Of a stretch of DNA of 64,000 bases, positions 48,056 to 58,387 are shown piece after piece. Positions within the stretch are counted from its first letter, which is position 1. Each line of letters opens with the position of its first letter. The position numbers and the translations under genes were made by a program. This DNA is from Mucispirillum schaedleri. Lineage in GTDB: Bacteria > Chrysiogenota > Deferribacteres > Deferribacterales > Mucispirillaceae. The DNA is taken from assembly GCA_949287985.1 (NCBI GenBank), contig CASEIN010000001.1:1051-65050 (forward strand). The letters run 5' to 3'. Under the pieces are notes generated by a model. It made no database searches. It was not told the DNA's origin and saw nothing but the letters and a program-made list of their open reading frames with translations.

Positions 48056-48849
48056 TCTTCAACTTCCTGTTTTTTCATGCGTTTATCTTTTATATATATT
48101 TGCTTAATATTTGGTGCTCGCTGGTCTATCCTTTCATCAATTTTGAAAAGACCAATGGCTTTAACTAAATCTTTTAGTTTTGCATAGCCATAGTTTCTAG
48201 CATCAAATTCTGGGGACTGTTTTGTTATGTGCTGGCCAACTTCACCTAAAAACGCCCAGCCTTCTTCGTCCATGGAAGCAATAACAGCAGAACGTAATAG
48301 GTTTACCAGCCTTGTATCCATTTTTAGTTCATTAGTGCTTTTTTGTTTAACTTGTGGTTTTTTCTCTTTAACACCATTATTTTCAGAATCATTTTCATCA
48401 ATATTTTGCAGGATTTCTGTATAAATAAACTTATCACATACGCTTATAAATGATTTTGGAGTTTTTTCTTCCCCAAAGCCGTAAACATTTAAGCCGCCTT
48501 CTCTAATACGTGAGGCAAGGCGTGTAAAATCGCTGTCACTTGAAACTATACAAAAGCCGTCAAACCTGCCACTGTATAGTAAATCCATAGCGTCTATAAT
48601 CATAGCTGAATCTGTTGAGTTTTTACCTTTTGTATAGCCAAACTGCTGTATAGGCTGCAATGCATGTTCTAATAATATTTCTTTCCAGCCTTTTAGATTT
48701 GGGCTTGTCCAGTCACCATATATTCTTTTAACGTGGGCTGTGCCATATTTTGCAATTTCTGCCATTAAGCCATAAATTATACTAGGTGATGCGTTATCTG
48801 CATCTATTAAAACTACTAATTTTTGTTGTGTATTATTCATATCCTGCAT
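48052..48849 (-). CDS. NYN (LabA-like) nuclease domain protein with C-terminal OST-HTH/LOTUS domain
   Basis: LVVLIDADNASP ... NSTDSAMIIDAMDLL ... IVSSDSDFTRLASRIREGGLNVYGFG (NYN acidic residues). C-terminal LVNLLRSAVIASMDEEGWAFLGEVGQHI ... YGYAKLKDLVKAIGLF (OST-HTH). Confidence 0.8.
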   Translation of the reverse strand: MQDMNNTQQKLVVLIDADNASPSIIYGLMAEIAKYGTAHVKRIYGDWTSPNLKGWKEILLEHALQPIQQFGYTKGKNSTDSAMIIDAMDLLYSGRFDGFCIVSSDSDFTRLASRIREGGLNVYGFGEEKTPKSFISVCDKFIYTEILQNIDENDSENNGVKEKKPQVKQKSTNELKMDTRLVNLLRSAVIASMDEEGWAFLGEVGQHITKQSPEFDARNYGYAKLKDLVKAIGLFKIDERIDQRAPNIKQIYIKDKRMKKQEVED

Positions 48850-48858
48850 ATTACTCTC

Positions 48859-50748
48859 TTAAATTTCATTTAATAATTTAGAACCATAACTTGTATAAAT
48901 TGTAGCAAACTGTAACGCTCTCTTTAATTTTTCTTGATAGAATAGGGAAAGAGATGCTGGGGAAATATAACTTGTTACTTTTTGTTTATTAATTGACTGA
49001 TTTATTTGCTCATTAATTAAAGTTTCTGTAATAGTATCAAAAGCAATAACTGCTTGAGTTGCTATTTCTTCAGGTATTATTTTTTTACGTTCTAAATGTT
49101 TTATACGTTCCACAGTGCTCATATCTGTAATACCTGCATAAATTGATAAAAGCCTTGTAATATTAATAATATAAGAAAGGCTTTGTGTTTTTAAATTAAT
49201 CATACCTGCATGTTCGCCATCTTTATCTACAATAAATGAGCCAAATTGTGATACAGGTATTTTTATAGCAGGGGACTGTTTTATTAATGTTGTTAATATT
49301 GCAGGCCTATCAGCTGCTTTTTTAATAATATAATTACGTAAAGACCAGGCAAGCATAATATCGCCTTCTAATGCTGCTAAATCTAAAAGCATAGCAAAAG
49401 CATATTTATTATCTGCTTTGTTACTTTTAGATGCCCAGCCATCAACTGCTTCTATCCAGCTAGAATATTTTAAAACCATATTTACAGTCATAACATCATC
49501 ATCGCTGTTATGTGGGTAATAGCCAATATTTACAAGGTTTTCATGGTATCTTGAAGCAAACTCTCTAAATAACTGTTCTGCCATTTCAGTAACATCATCA
49601 GCAAGAATAAAAGCATTATTAATTTGTGGTCTTAAATCCATTTCACGCCTTGCACCTGCCCCTAAAAGCAAGTAGCAGTATGAATAATCAGAAAGTTTAA
49701 AGCCTTTTTCTGCCCTAAAATTATCACTTGTAAGCTGAAATGCTTTTCTATGGATTGCCCTGTGAATAGATGAAAGGGCAGTTAATTCTTCCCTTGAAAC
49801 GCGAGATGATGTAGCCAAATTTTTTGCAGCTATATATATTTGAGAAAAAGCTTCTTTTAATTCATCAAAACTTGTCATATTATCAATATGAGCACAGTAT
49901 AAATGAGAATTTTCTAAAAGCATTAATGCAATATTATGAATAGAAACAATACCAGCAGGCTTTCCATTCTGCATAACAATACCATGAGTTTTACCTGCAA
50001 TTTGCAGCTCATTTAATGCTTCAACCACAGGAAATTCTGGTGGAAACATAACTGGCTCAATATCCATATAATTTTCCACTTCCTGCTTATGCAGGTTATC
50101 ATTTAATGATGATAAAAAATTTCTCGTTAAATTAGTAACAGTTAAGATACCTTTTATAATCTGCTTTCTATTAACTACAAGCAGACTGCTTATTTTATGT
50201 TCTGTCATTAAATTGGCAGCTTCCACCACTGATTTACCTGTTTGGATAGATATAACAGGGGAGCTCATAACACCTGAAACAGTCTGGTATATAGACTGCA
50301 TTAAAAAAGCATTGGAAGAATTATCAAGCTGGGTTAAGCGAACTTGAATATCTTTAATTAACTTGCTTCTAAAATCATCAGAAAGTTCCATAAGCCTGTA
50401 TATGCATAATTCATGAATAAATAATAAATCGCAGTCAGATTTAGCAACTGCATTCATAGTATACATTGTCTTTCCTAAAAATGTGGAAAGCCCAACAGGG
50501 CAGTTGAAACATGATACTTCTATGTTAGAATTAGGGCGACTTAATACTATTTCACCATTTAAAAGGAAGTATATTCCTTTATGGTATCTTTCCCCTTTCC
50601 TAAAAGCAAGCTCACCTGTTAAAATATGTATTTCTTCAAAACGAGTAACTGTAGATTTAATTTCTTTTATAGATAAACTTTCAAAAAGATTTTGTTTTTT
50701 TATTTTTTCTAGAATATAGTCTTGCAATACTTGAGTATCTTCAGTCAT
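48859..50748 (-). CDS. cNMP-binding / tandem CBS / DUF294-type nucleotidyltransferase signal protein
   Basis: N-terminal cNMP-binding beta-barrel pattern (GELAFRKGERYHKGIYFLLNGEI), two CBS domains, an NTase core (YCYLLLGAGARREMDLRPQINNAFIL) and a helical DUF294_C-like tail. Confidence 0.75.
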   Translation of the reverse strand: MTEDTQVLQDYILEKIKKQNLFESLSIKEIKSTVTRFEEIHILTGELAFRKGERYHKGIYFLLNGEIVLSRPNSNIEVSCFNCPVGLSTFLGKTMYTMNAVAKSDCDLLFIHELCIYRLMELSDDFRSKLIKDIQVRLTQLDNSSNAFLMQSIYQTVSGVMSSPVISIQTGKSVVEAANLMTEHKISSLLVVNRKQIIKGILTVTNLTRNFLSSLNDNLHKQEVENYMDIEPVMFPPEFPVVEALNELQIAGKTHGIVMQNGKPAGIVSIHNIALMLLENSHLYCAHIDNMTSFDELKEAFSQIYIAAKNLATSSRVSREELTALSSIHRAIHRKAFQLTSDNFRAEKGFKLSDYSYCYLLLGAGARREMDLRPQINNAFILADDVTEMAEQLFREFASRYHENLVNIGYYPHNSDDDVMTVNMVLKYSSWIEAVDGWASKSNKADNKYAFAMLLDLAALEGDIMLAWSLRNYIIKKAADRPAILTTLIKQSPAIKIPVSQFGSFIVDKDGEHAGMINLKTQSLSYIINITRLLSIYAGITDMSTVERIKHLERKKIIPEEIATQAVIAFDTITETLINEQINQSINKQKVTSYISPASLSLFYQEKLKRALQFATIYTSYGSKLLNEI

Positions 50749-50956
50749 TAGTCACCTATATGTAAAATAATAACATAGTTATATTACTTATGTTTTTAGT
50801 AAACCATACATATTATAAAAAATCAATGAAAATAAATTAAAAATCATATATATGCATGGCAGGAAAGCATAAAAATATAGAGAGAAACATTTTTTACCTT
50901 GTAAAATTTATAAAAAATATATATTATTCGCCTATCAATTAATAATAAGGTGATTT

Positions 50957-51691
50957 ATGCTAGAGGAAGCAGCATATAGATATATTAATGGGCAGCTTGA
51001 AACTGCTTATATTGAAAGTGATATAGAACTTTCGGAGCTTTTAGCAGTTAGTGATAATGTTGCACTAGCTGATAAAAATATTGCATCATTTGTGGCAGGT
51101 GGTCCATGTCTTAATATGCTTTTATGGGGTGAAAAAGGCAGTGGCAAATCTACCCTTTTAAAGCTGCTTGCATTAAAATACGCTAAAGATAACCTTGTAA
51201 CAATTGAGTTTATTGATGAAAGTGCAGGGGCAATTTATAAACTATATAAGCTAATACGCGAAAACAGCCACAAAAAGTTTTTATTATTTTTTGATGATAT
51301 TTCATTTAATACATCAGATACAGCATACAGGCGTTTTAAATCTGCCATAGAAGGTGGTATAGAATCAAAACCAAAAAATGTAATATTTGCAGCAACATCA
51401 AACAAACGCCATATTGTTTCAGGCTCAGCACAAGATATTTCAGATATTTATGATAAAGATGAGGCAAATGAACAAACATCATTACAGGCTCGTTTTGGTT
51501 TATCTATTGGTTTTTATTCTTTAAAAAAAGAGGATTACTTAAATATTGCAAAAATGTATTTAAAGAAATATAATATAAATATGCCAGATGACTGGGAAAA
51601 ACAGGCAGAAAGCTACGCTATTGATAGAGGTGGAAGAAGTGGCCGTCTTGCCAAACAGTTTGCAGCATATTTATATCTACAGCAGTTATAA
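50957..51691 (+). CDS. AAA-type ATPase, DUF815 family
   Basis: P-loop GEKGSGKST, Walker B LLFFDDISF, ATSNKRH. Length and layout match DUF815. Confidence 0.7.
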   Translation: MLEEAAYRYINGQLETAYIESDIELSELLAVSDNVALADKNIASFVAGGPCLNMLLWGEKGSGKSTLLKLLALKYAKDNLVTIEFIDESAGAIYKLYKLIRENSHKKFLLFFDDISFNTSDTAYRRFKSAIEGGIESKPKNVIFAATSNKRHIVSGSAQDISDIYDKDEANEQTSLQARFGLSIGFYSLKKEDYLNIAKMYLKKYNINMPDDWEKQAESYAIDRGGRSGRLAKQFAAYLYLQQL

Positions 51692-51704
51692 AAGGAGGAA
51701 TTAC

Positions 51705-51935
51705 ATGTATATTGAAGTGAATTTATCAATTGAAAAATCAGGCGGAGAAGAAAGGCTTCCAGTTGTGATTGATAGTATTAAAGAGGCAGTTACTCAAAAA
51801 TTTCCAGAAGCTGATGTTGTTGTGCGTAAAGGTTTTTTTAAGACAATAGACGGCATCTATTCTGATGATTTATATGCAGAAGGTGAAGTTCGCCAGCTTG
51901 TAAATACTGTTAGAGAAAGAGCTTTAAGTAAGTAA
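51705..51935 (+). CDS. DinI-like small protein
   Basis: I prefer the ATG at 51705 (AAAGGAGGA SD) to the ORF-track start at 51588, which overlaps the ATPase. MYIEVNLSIEKS...KFPEADVVVRKG... is colinear by eye with E. coli DinI (MRIEVTIAKTS...AFPDNEGHVSVRY). Confidence 0.5.
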   Translation: MYIEVNLSIEKSGGEERLPVVIDSIKEAVTQKFPEADVVVRKGFFKTIDGIYSDDLYAEGEVRQLVNTVRERALSK

Positions 51936-51938
51936 TTA

Positions 51939-53165
51939 ATGAAAGTTATTGTTTTAATTATATTTTCCTTTTTATTGGTTTTTTCAAAGACTTTTGCAAA
52001 TGATAATAGCAGTGTAAATAAAATTGAAAATCAAGATAATAACTCTAAAAAAACATCTAATAAAAGCATACCACCAAAGCTTGTGCCAGACAGAAAAATT
52101 AATGATAGAAACTTATTTATGGGTGATTTTGGTTTTCCTACAAAACAGGAATTAAAAGTAAACCTAGACTCTAATACAGAAGATACAGGGCTTTATGATG
52201 ATGTAACTCTTTCTATGGTTAACAGGTGGTCTACTACAAACATATGGGGTAAAGATAAGCTTTATATTGAAGGTGCAGTTTCAGGTGGAGTAATAGGTTT
52301 TAATTCATTTTCTATAAATACTTTAGATGCAATAAACCCTATGCCTGTTATACCTTATGGTATGGTAAATTTAAAATTCTTTTCTGGTTCAAGGTTTTCT
52401 CCAGAATTAAAAATCCAAGATTCCAGGTTTATTTTCACCAGTTCAGATTTAAATACAGGGGAAAAAGCTCAAAACTATAATTATTACTATTTAAAACTTC
52501 CACTAGGTTTTTACGTTCCATTTTTTGGTTATAAATCTCAAATGAATATAGATGGTAGTTTTTCAAGCCTGCATGGTAATTTTAAGGTGCTGCGTCCAAT
52601 ATTAATAAAGGGGCAGTCATTACAGGCAGGGGATAAGTTTTATATGGCATCTACCAACTGGAATGTGCGTTTATATTTTGATACGCCTGTGGTTTTAAAA
52701 CCATCTATTTCAGAATATGCATATTTTGGTATATATTACGATGAAACTATCAGCCCAAAATCAGCAACGCCCGGAACAGATTATGCTGGATATGGCTCAA
52801 TGATTGTAGAAGCTTTAACAAGAAGCGGTGGCATTTTTTACGAAATGAGGCAGGATTTATATAAAGGGTTTATGTTTGGTATTGCTGTTCATTTAGGTGT
52901 TGGTGATATAGAAGTGAAAAAAAACTCTCAATCATATGATGTTAAATATGACGGCACAGAAGGTCTTATTTCATATAAAGTAAAATTAAGTTTAGGTTAC
53001 CAGTATACTTTTAAAAAACAGCATGTTGGTTTAGCTTTTGATGCTGGGGTGGAATATGCTGGAAATACACCTTTTTTCTTTGCAAAACAGGAAAATCTAT
53101 TTGGTTTACGTGCTGATGGTGAATTAAGATATTATGCTGAATTAAAATTTTTATTTGGTTATTAA
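51939..53165 (+). CDS. outer-membrane beta-barrel protein, unknown function
   Basis: Signal peptide (...SKTFA/ND), amphipathic beta-strand periodicity, C-terminal aromatic ...ELKFLFGY. Confidence 0.65.
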   Translation: MKVIVLIIFSFLLVFSKTFANDNSSVNKIENQDNNSKKTSNKSIPPKLVPDRKINDRNLFMGDFGFPTKQELKVNLDSNTEDTGLYDDVTLSMVNRWSTTNIWGKDKLYIEGAVSGGVIGFNSFSINTLDAINPMPVIPYGMVNLKFFSGSRFSPELKIQDSRFIFTSSDLNTGEKAQNYNYYYLKLPLGFYVPFFGYKSQMNIDGSFSSLHGNFKVLRPILIKGQSLQAGDKFYMASTNWNVRLYFDTPVVLKPSISEYAYFGIYYDETISPKSATPGTDYAGYGSMIVEALTRSGGIFYEMRQDLYKGFMFGIAVHLGVGDIEVKKNSQSYDVKYDGTEGLISYKVKLSLGYQYTFKKQHVGLAFDAGVEYAGNTPFFFAKQENLFGLRADGELRYYAELKFLFGY

Positions 53166-53272
53166 TAAGTTATATAAATTTTTTTGTTTTTTATTTCCAT
53201 TGTTGCAAAAAACTATAATTTAATATAAAATACCACGATATTTATTTAATTTATATGATTTAAGGAATACTT

Positions 53273-54292
53273 ATGGATAATGATGAATTAAAGAAAGCTT
53301 CTGAATTTGAACATGAAATTGATAAAAGCTCTACACTTGATGAACTTAATGAAGTGCGTATTAAATACATGGGTAAAAAAGGTATAATAAGCCTTTTAAA
53401 TAAAGTGCTTGGCACATTATCTCCAGAAGAACGCCCTAAAATGGGTGAAACAATACAAAATTTACGTAATAATTTTGAAACTAAGTTTAATGAAAAAACT
53501 GCTAAAATAAAAAAAGCATTGAAAGATATGGCAATATCTCAAGAATATATTGATGTAACATTATCACCATATCCTTTTACTAAAGGCTCGCTGCACCCTG
53601 TTAAAAAAATATATGATGAAATAGTTGATGTTTTCACATCAGCAGGCTACATGGTTGCACAAGGCCCTGAAATAGAAGATGATTTTCATAACTTTGAAGC
53701 ATTAAATCTTCCAAAATCTCACCCTGCTAGAGATATGCAGGATACTTTTTATATAGATGAAAACAATATTGTATTAAGAACACATACTTCCCCTGTGCAG
53801 GTGCGTGTAATGGAAAGCCAGAAACCACCTATAAAAATTATTGCTCCCGGAGCAGTTTACAGGTGTGATTATGACCAGACTCACTCTCCAATGTTCCACC
53901 AAATAGAAGGGCTTGTAGTTGATAAAGGTATTACAATGGCTGATTTAAAAGGCACATTAAAGCTTTTTATTTCACGTATATTTGGTGATGATTTAGATGT
54001 TAGGCTTCGCCCAAGCTTTTTTCCTTTTACAGAACCATCTGCTGAAGTGGATATGGGCTGTGTTCACTGTAGAGGTAAAGGGTGTAGAATGTGTAAAGGC
54101 ACAGGCTGGATAGAGATTGCAGGCTGTGGTATGGTAAACCCTGAAGTATTTAAACACGTTGGTATTGATTCTAATGTATACAGTGGCTTTGCTTTTGGTA
54201 TGGGTATAGAAAGGATTGCTCTTTTAAAATACGGCATAGATGATATTCGTCTTTTCTATGAAAATTCTCTTAAATTTTTAAAACAGTTCTAG
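53273..54292 (+). CDS. pheS: phenylalanine-tRNA ligase alpha subunit
   Basis: Class II motifs: HPARDMQDTFY, YRCDYDQTHSPMFHQIEG, GFAFGMGIERIA. Confidence 0.97.
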   Translation: MDNDELKKASEFEHEIDKSSTLDELNEVRIKYMGKKGIISLLNKVLGTLSPEERPKMGETIQNLRNNFETKFNEKTAKIKKALKDMAISQEYIDVTLSPYPFTKGSLHPVKKIYDEIVDVFTSAGYMVAQGPEIEDDFHNFEALNLPKSHPARDMQDTFYIDENNIVLRTHTSPVQVRVMESQKPPIKIIAPGAVYRCDYDQTHSPMFHQIEGLVVDKGITMADLKGTLKLFISRIFGDDLDVRLRPSFFPFTEPSAEVDMGCVHCRGKGCRMCKGTGWIEIAGCGMVNPEVFKHVGIDSNVYSGFAFGMGIERIALLKYGIDDIRLFYENSLKFLKQF

Positions 54293-54300
54293 GTGACATA

Positions 54301-56700
54301 ATGAATATAAGCATTAATTGGTTAAAAGAATATATAGATTTTCAAGGTAAATCTGTTAAAGAAATATCAGATGGTCTTACTTTAGCAGGGCTTGAAGCTG
54401 AAGGATTTACAGAGTTACAAAGGTTAGAAAATGTAGTAACAGCAAAGGTAATACATAAGGAAAAACACCCAAATGCTGATAAATTAAATTTATGCAGAGT
54501 AACTGATGGAGTTCAGGAATACCAAGTAGTGTGTGGTGCACCTAATGTGGCAGAAGGACAGATAGTGCCTTTTGCAAAAATCGGTGCAGTTTTAGGTGAT
54601 ATTAAAATAAAAGAAGCAAAACTTCGTGGGGTGGAATCTTTTGGTATGATATGTTCAGAAAGGGAGCTTGGCTTAACTGATGAGCATAATGGTATAATGG
54701 TTCTGCCAAGTGATACACCACTTGGAAAAGATATTAATGAAGTTGTAGGAACTGGGGATACTATTGTGGAATTTAATGCTACACCAAACAGACCGGACTG
54801 GTTATCTGTTATTGGGGTAGCAAGAGAAGCAGCAGCAGTTTTTAATACATCAGTAAAATATCCAGAATATAATTTAGTGGAAAATAATGAAAAGGCAGAT
54901 GATTATATATCTGTAAAAGTAGAAAACATAGAAAAATGCCCAATATATTTTGCCCGGTTTATAAAAAATATAAAAATCGGAACATCACCATTATGGCTTC
55001 AGGCAAAATTACGTGCAGCTGGTGTTCGCCCTATTAATAATATTGTTGATGTTACAAACTATGTTTTAATGGAATACGGCCAGCCTTTACATGCTTTTGA
55101 TATTAGAAATATAGATAAAGGCATAATAGTTAGAAATGCATATGAAAATGAAAAAATAACTGCCCTTGATGGTAAAGAATACACACTAGATAGCAACATG
55201 TTAATTATAGCTGATAACTCAAAACCTTTAGCAATAGCTGGTGTTATGGGTGGTGAGCATACATCTGTTATGAATGATACAACAACAGTTGTATTAGAGT
55301 GTGCTTATTTTGAGCCAACACAGGTTCGCAGAACATCGAAAAAACTTGCTCTTTCTTCTGATTCATCATACAGGTATGAACGTGGTATTGATTATGGAGC
55401 AACTGAAACCTTGTCAGATTACGCAGCATATTTAATTGCAAAAATATGCGACGGGGAAGTAGTTGCAGGAAAAGTGGGCATTAATCAATGTAAAATAGAA
55501 GAAAAGCAGGTTATATCACATGCTTCTAATATTAATAAACTTTTAGGAACAGATTTTAGTATAAATGATATGGCTGGTGTTTTAAATAACCTGCAAATAC
55601 AAACAAGTATTGATGGTGATAAGCTTGTATCAAAAATTCCTACTTTTCGTAACGATATTACAAAAGAGTGTGATATAGCTGAAGAAGTTGCCCGTATTAT
55701 TGGTTATGATAAAATAGGCTATACAATGCCTAAAATGGATAGTGAAATAGATATTCAAAGCCCAAAAGTAAGGTATTCAAGGATTGCTAGAAACTTAATG
55801 GAAAATCTAGGTTATAACGAAGTGCTGAATTTTTCATTTTTAGGGGCTGATTATTTATCTATTTTTGATAAAAATGAAGATAATTTTGTAAAGCTTTTAA
55901 ACCCTATTAGTCAAGATATGGCATGGATGAGAACATACTTATTTCCATCTATTATTAAAAATATGCAGACAAATAGAAATATGGGATATACAAGTGTAAA
56001 ATTATTTGAGCTTTCCTCTGTCTATAAATCATTAGGGAAAGATAGGTTAGCAGATGAAAGGCTGCATTTATCACTTGGTGTTTTTGGCTCATATTACGAT
56101 GAAACATGGATAAATATCCCAAAAGTTGATACTTTTTATTATATAAAAGGAAGCCTTGAAAACCTTTTTGAAAAATTTGGGGTAGCTTGCGAATATAAAA
56201 GGGAAGAAAATATCCATTTTCTACACCCGGGCAAATCTGCAGGTATTTATTTAAATAATAAAAATATCGGCTTTATTGGCTACCTGCACCCAGATACTGT
56301 TGAAGAATTAAATATTAAAACAACATGCTATATTGCTGAAATTGATTTTTCTACTATAATTGATGAAAGTTTTAAAGCTAATGAAGCACAAAAATCAAGT
56401 ATGAAATATAAAAAGTTTTCACGTTTTCCATCAATTCAAAGAGATTTGGCATTAATAGTGAAAACAAAAGTAAATGCCAGCGATATACTGGAAAATATTA
56501 TACATACAAACCCTGTAATAACAGATGCACAGGTATTTGATGTATTTGAAGGCAAGCCTATTAATTTAGGTTATAAAAGTATTGCTGTTCGCATAACTTT
56601 TACAGATATGGAAAAAACATTAAGAGATGAAGATATTAATCCGATAATAGATAATATACTCAAAAATCTTGAAAAAGAGTTTGAAGCAGTACTCAGATAG
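54301..56700 (+). CDS. pheT: phenylalanine-tRNA ligase beta subunit
   Basis: N-terminal tRNA-binding domain (HPNADKLNLCRV), B3/4 and B5 domains, C-terminal FDX-ACB. Follows pheS. Confidence 0.97.
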   Translation: MNISINWLKEYIDFQGKSVKEISDGLTLAGLEAEGFTELQRLENVVTAKVIHKEKHPNADKLNLCRVTDGVQEYQVVCGAPNVAEGQIVPFAKIGAVLGDIKIKEAKLRGVESFGMICSERELGLTDEHNGIMVLPSDTPLGKDINEVVGTGDTIVEFNATPNRPDWLSVIGVAREAAAVFNTSVKYPEYNLVENNEKADDYISVKVENIEKCPIYFARFIKNIKIGTSPLWLQAKLRAAGVRPINNIVDVTNYVLMEYGQPLHAFDIRNIDKGIIVRNAYENEKITALDGKEYTLDSNMLIIADNSKPLAIAGVMGGEHTSVMNDTTTVVLECAYFEPTQVRRTSKKLALSSDSSYRYERGIDYGATETLSDYAAYLIAKICDGEVVAGKVGINQCKIEEKQVISHASNINKLLGTDFSINDMAGVLNNLQIQTSIDGDKLVSKIPTFRNDITKECDIAEEVARIIGYDKIGYTMPKMDSEIDIQSPKVRYSRIARNLMENLGYNEVLNFSFLGADYLSIFDKNEDNFVKLLNPISQDMAWMRTYLFPSIIKNMQTNRNMGYTSVKLFELSSVYKSLGKDRLADERLHLSLGVFGSYYDETWINIPKVDTFYYIKGSLENLFEKFGVACEYKREENIHFLHPGKSAGIYLNNKNIGFIGYLHPDTVEELNIKTTCYIAEIDFSTIIDESFKANEAQKSSMKYKKFSRFPSIQRDLALIVKTKVNASDILENIIHTNPVITDAQVFDVFEGKPINLGYKSIAVRITFTDMEKTLRDEDINPIIDNILKNLEKEFEAVLR

Positions 56701-56819
56701 TATAATTTTATTAAGTAAAAGTTTAAAATTTAGTATTTTTTTAAAAAATATTAGTTAAAAACTTGAAAAGTTTAAAAAAATTATTTAGAATAGTTTGGTA
56801 CATACTATTTGGAGCTAAT

Positions 56820-58379
56820 ATGAATAGAAAGAAGATATTGTTTATAGCTTTATTTATAATGTCATACATAAATATATCATATGCAGTGGAGCCGTATTTA
56901 AATACACAGCTTTTAGAGGCTGCTTCTGTTGGCGATGCTGAAGGTGCAAAAGATGCACTGCATAATGGTGCTGATGTTGATGCTAGAGACAGGCTTGGCA
57001 ATACTCCTTTAATATTAGCTTCTGACGGTGGTTATCAAGAAGTTGTTCGTTTATTAATTGCATATAAAGCATCAGTTAACGCCGTTAATAAGTTTGGTTA
57101 TACACCTTTAATGTCTGCTGTTACAAATTCTCACAGGTATATTGCATCTATTTTAATAAAGGCAGGGGCAGACCCAAAACTTGCCAATAAATTTGGTACT
57201 ACTCCTGAAATGTATATTAAAGCACAGGGCTTTTTTACTATGAATGAATATATTAGTGATGAAAATCCAGTTATTTCATCTCAAGTAGATACTCGCCCTT
57301 CAAGACGCGGCACAATGGCAGCCATTCATTCAGCTCCTTGGCGTGAAGAATTTAACCAGCTTATAGCACTAGGTAAAACAAATGAGGCAGCTGAACTTTT
57401 AGTAGGCTATGCTGATAATAAAAATGTGGAAGCATGTTATTTATTAGGTTCATTATTTCTTTCAAAAGGCAATACAGAGCAGGGTGTTTTTTGGTCTAAA
57501 CAGGCTGGTGATTTAGGAGATGCTATGATGAAATACCGTGCTGCAAAAGCTATTATTGATAACGGTAACGGTCAGGGTATGAAAGAAGCTGTTGCAATGC
57601 TTAAAGAATCTATTGCAGATGGAAATAATTTTGCAAAAACTGAGTATGGCAAAGCATTACTTTTTGGTAATGGTGTCCCAAAAGATAACGCTAATGCTTA
57701 TGCATTATTTAAAGATGCAGCATCTTATGATATTCCTGAAGCTGTATATTACACTGGTTTATTAGAATATACAGGCAAAGGCACTGTTCAAGATGAGACA
57801 AAAGGTTCTGCAAAAATCCAAATGGCAGCAGATATGGGGTTTTATGAGGCAGAACAATTTATAGATAAGTTAAATGCACAAAAGCATATAAGTTTAATAG
57901 TTAACTCTAAAGTAGGAGACAGGGCAACAGTAAAAGCTTACCTTATTTCTATGGGAGCACTTATTAACCTTGATGACCCACAGTGTGATGAATATAATAT
58001 AGGCAGTGCATGGAATAATGCATATAAAATATCAACTGTTAGAGTATGTTATCCGGGCGATGGCACTATTGCACCTGAATTTATACTTAGCGAAGCAATT
58101 GATAATGTGGAGTTTGCATATTTAAAAAATTTATATCCTACTGCTAAATTTTCTATGCCTTCTACATATATTAAACCACCAAAAAGCGACCTTCCTAAAG
58201 AGTTTATACCAACTGCAAAAGATTTAGGTATAGAAGTGGAAGATAATAAAACAGATAATGTAACAAAAACATTAGATAATGCTACTAAAGTAGAAGATAA
58301 TGTTACAGAAATACAGGATAATAAAAGTGCTGGTCAGGTAGATTTTTCTAAACCAGTAACGGTAGATAATAAAAAATAA
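56820..58379 (+). CDS. secreted ankyrin-repeat plus Sel1-repeat protein with DN-x-T tail
   Basis: Start at MNRKKILF (GGAG SD) with a signal peptide. Three ANK repeats (GNTPLILASDGGYQEVVRLLIAYKASVN ...), Sel1-like repeats (AKTEYGKALLFGNGVPKDNANAYALFKDAA ...), and C-terminal DNKT/DNVT/DNAT/DNVT/DNKS. Confidence 0.8.
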   Translation: MNRKKILFIALFIMSYINISYAVEPYLNTQLLEAASVGDAEGAKDALHNGADVDARDRLGNTPLILASDGGYQEVVRLLIAYKASVNAVNKFGYTPLMSAVTNSHRYIASILIKAGADPKLANKFGTTPEMYIKAQGFFTMNEYISDENPVISSQVDTRPSRRGTMAAIHSAPWREEFNQLIALGKTNEAAELLVGYADNKNVEACYLLGSLFLSKGNTEQGVFWSKQAGDLGDAMMKYRAAKAIIDNGNGQGMKEAVAMLKESIADGNNFAKTEYGKALLFGNGVPKDNANAYALFKDAASYDIPEAVYYTGLLEYTGKGTVQDETKGSAKIQMAADMGFYEAEQFIDKLNAQKHISLIVNSKVGDRATVKAYLISMGALINLDDPQCDEYNIGSAWNNAYKISTVRVCYPGDGTIAPEFILSEAIDNVEFAYLKNLYPTAKFSMPSTYIKPPKSDLPKEFIPTAKDLGIEVEDNKTDNVTKTLDNATKVEDNVTEIQDNKSAGQVDFSKPVTVDNKK

Positions 58380-58387
58380 GCAGGTTT

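Noticed and set aside
51588-51704. Long upstream extensions of ORFs in the track (51588, 33222, 33637, 37501, 56763, 60521, 29591, 28492, 62018, 8256) could be real N-termini.
   Set aside because: Each extension overlaps the preceding gene or lacks an SD. In each case an internal ATG with a clear SD coincides with the start of a signal peptide or of homology, so I used the internal starts.
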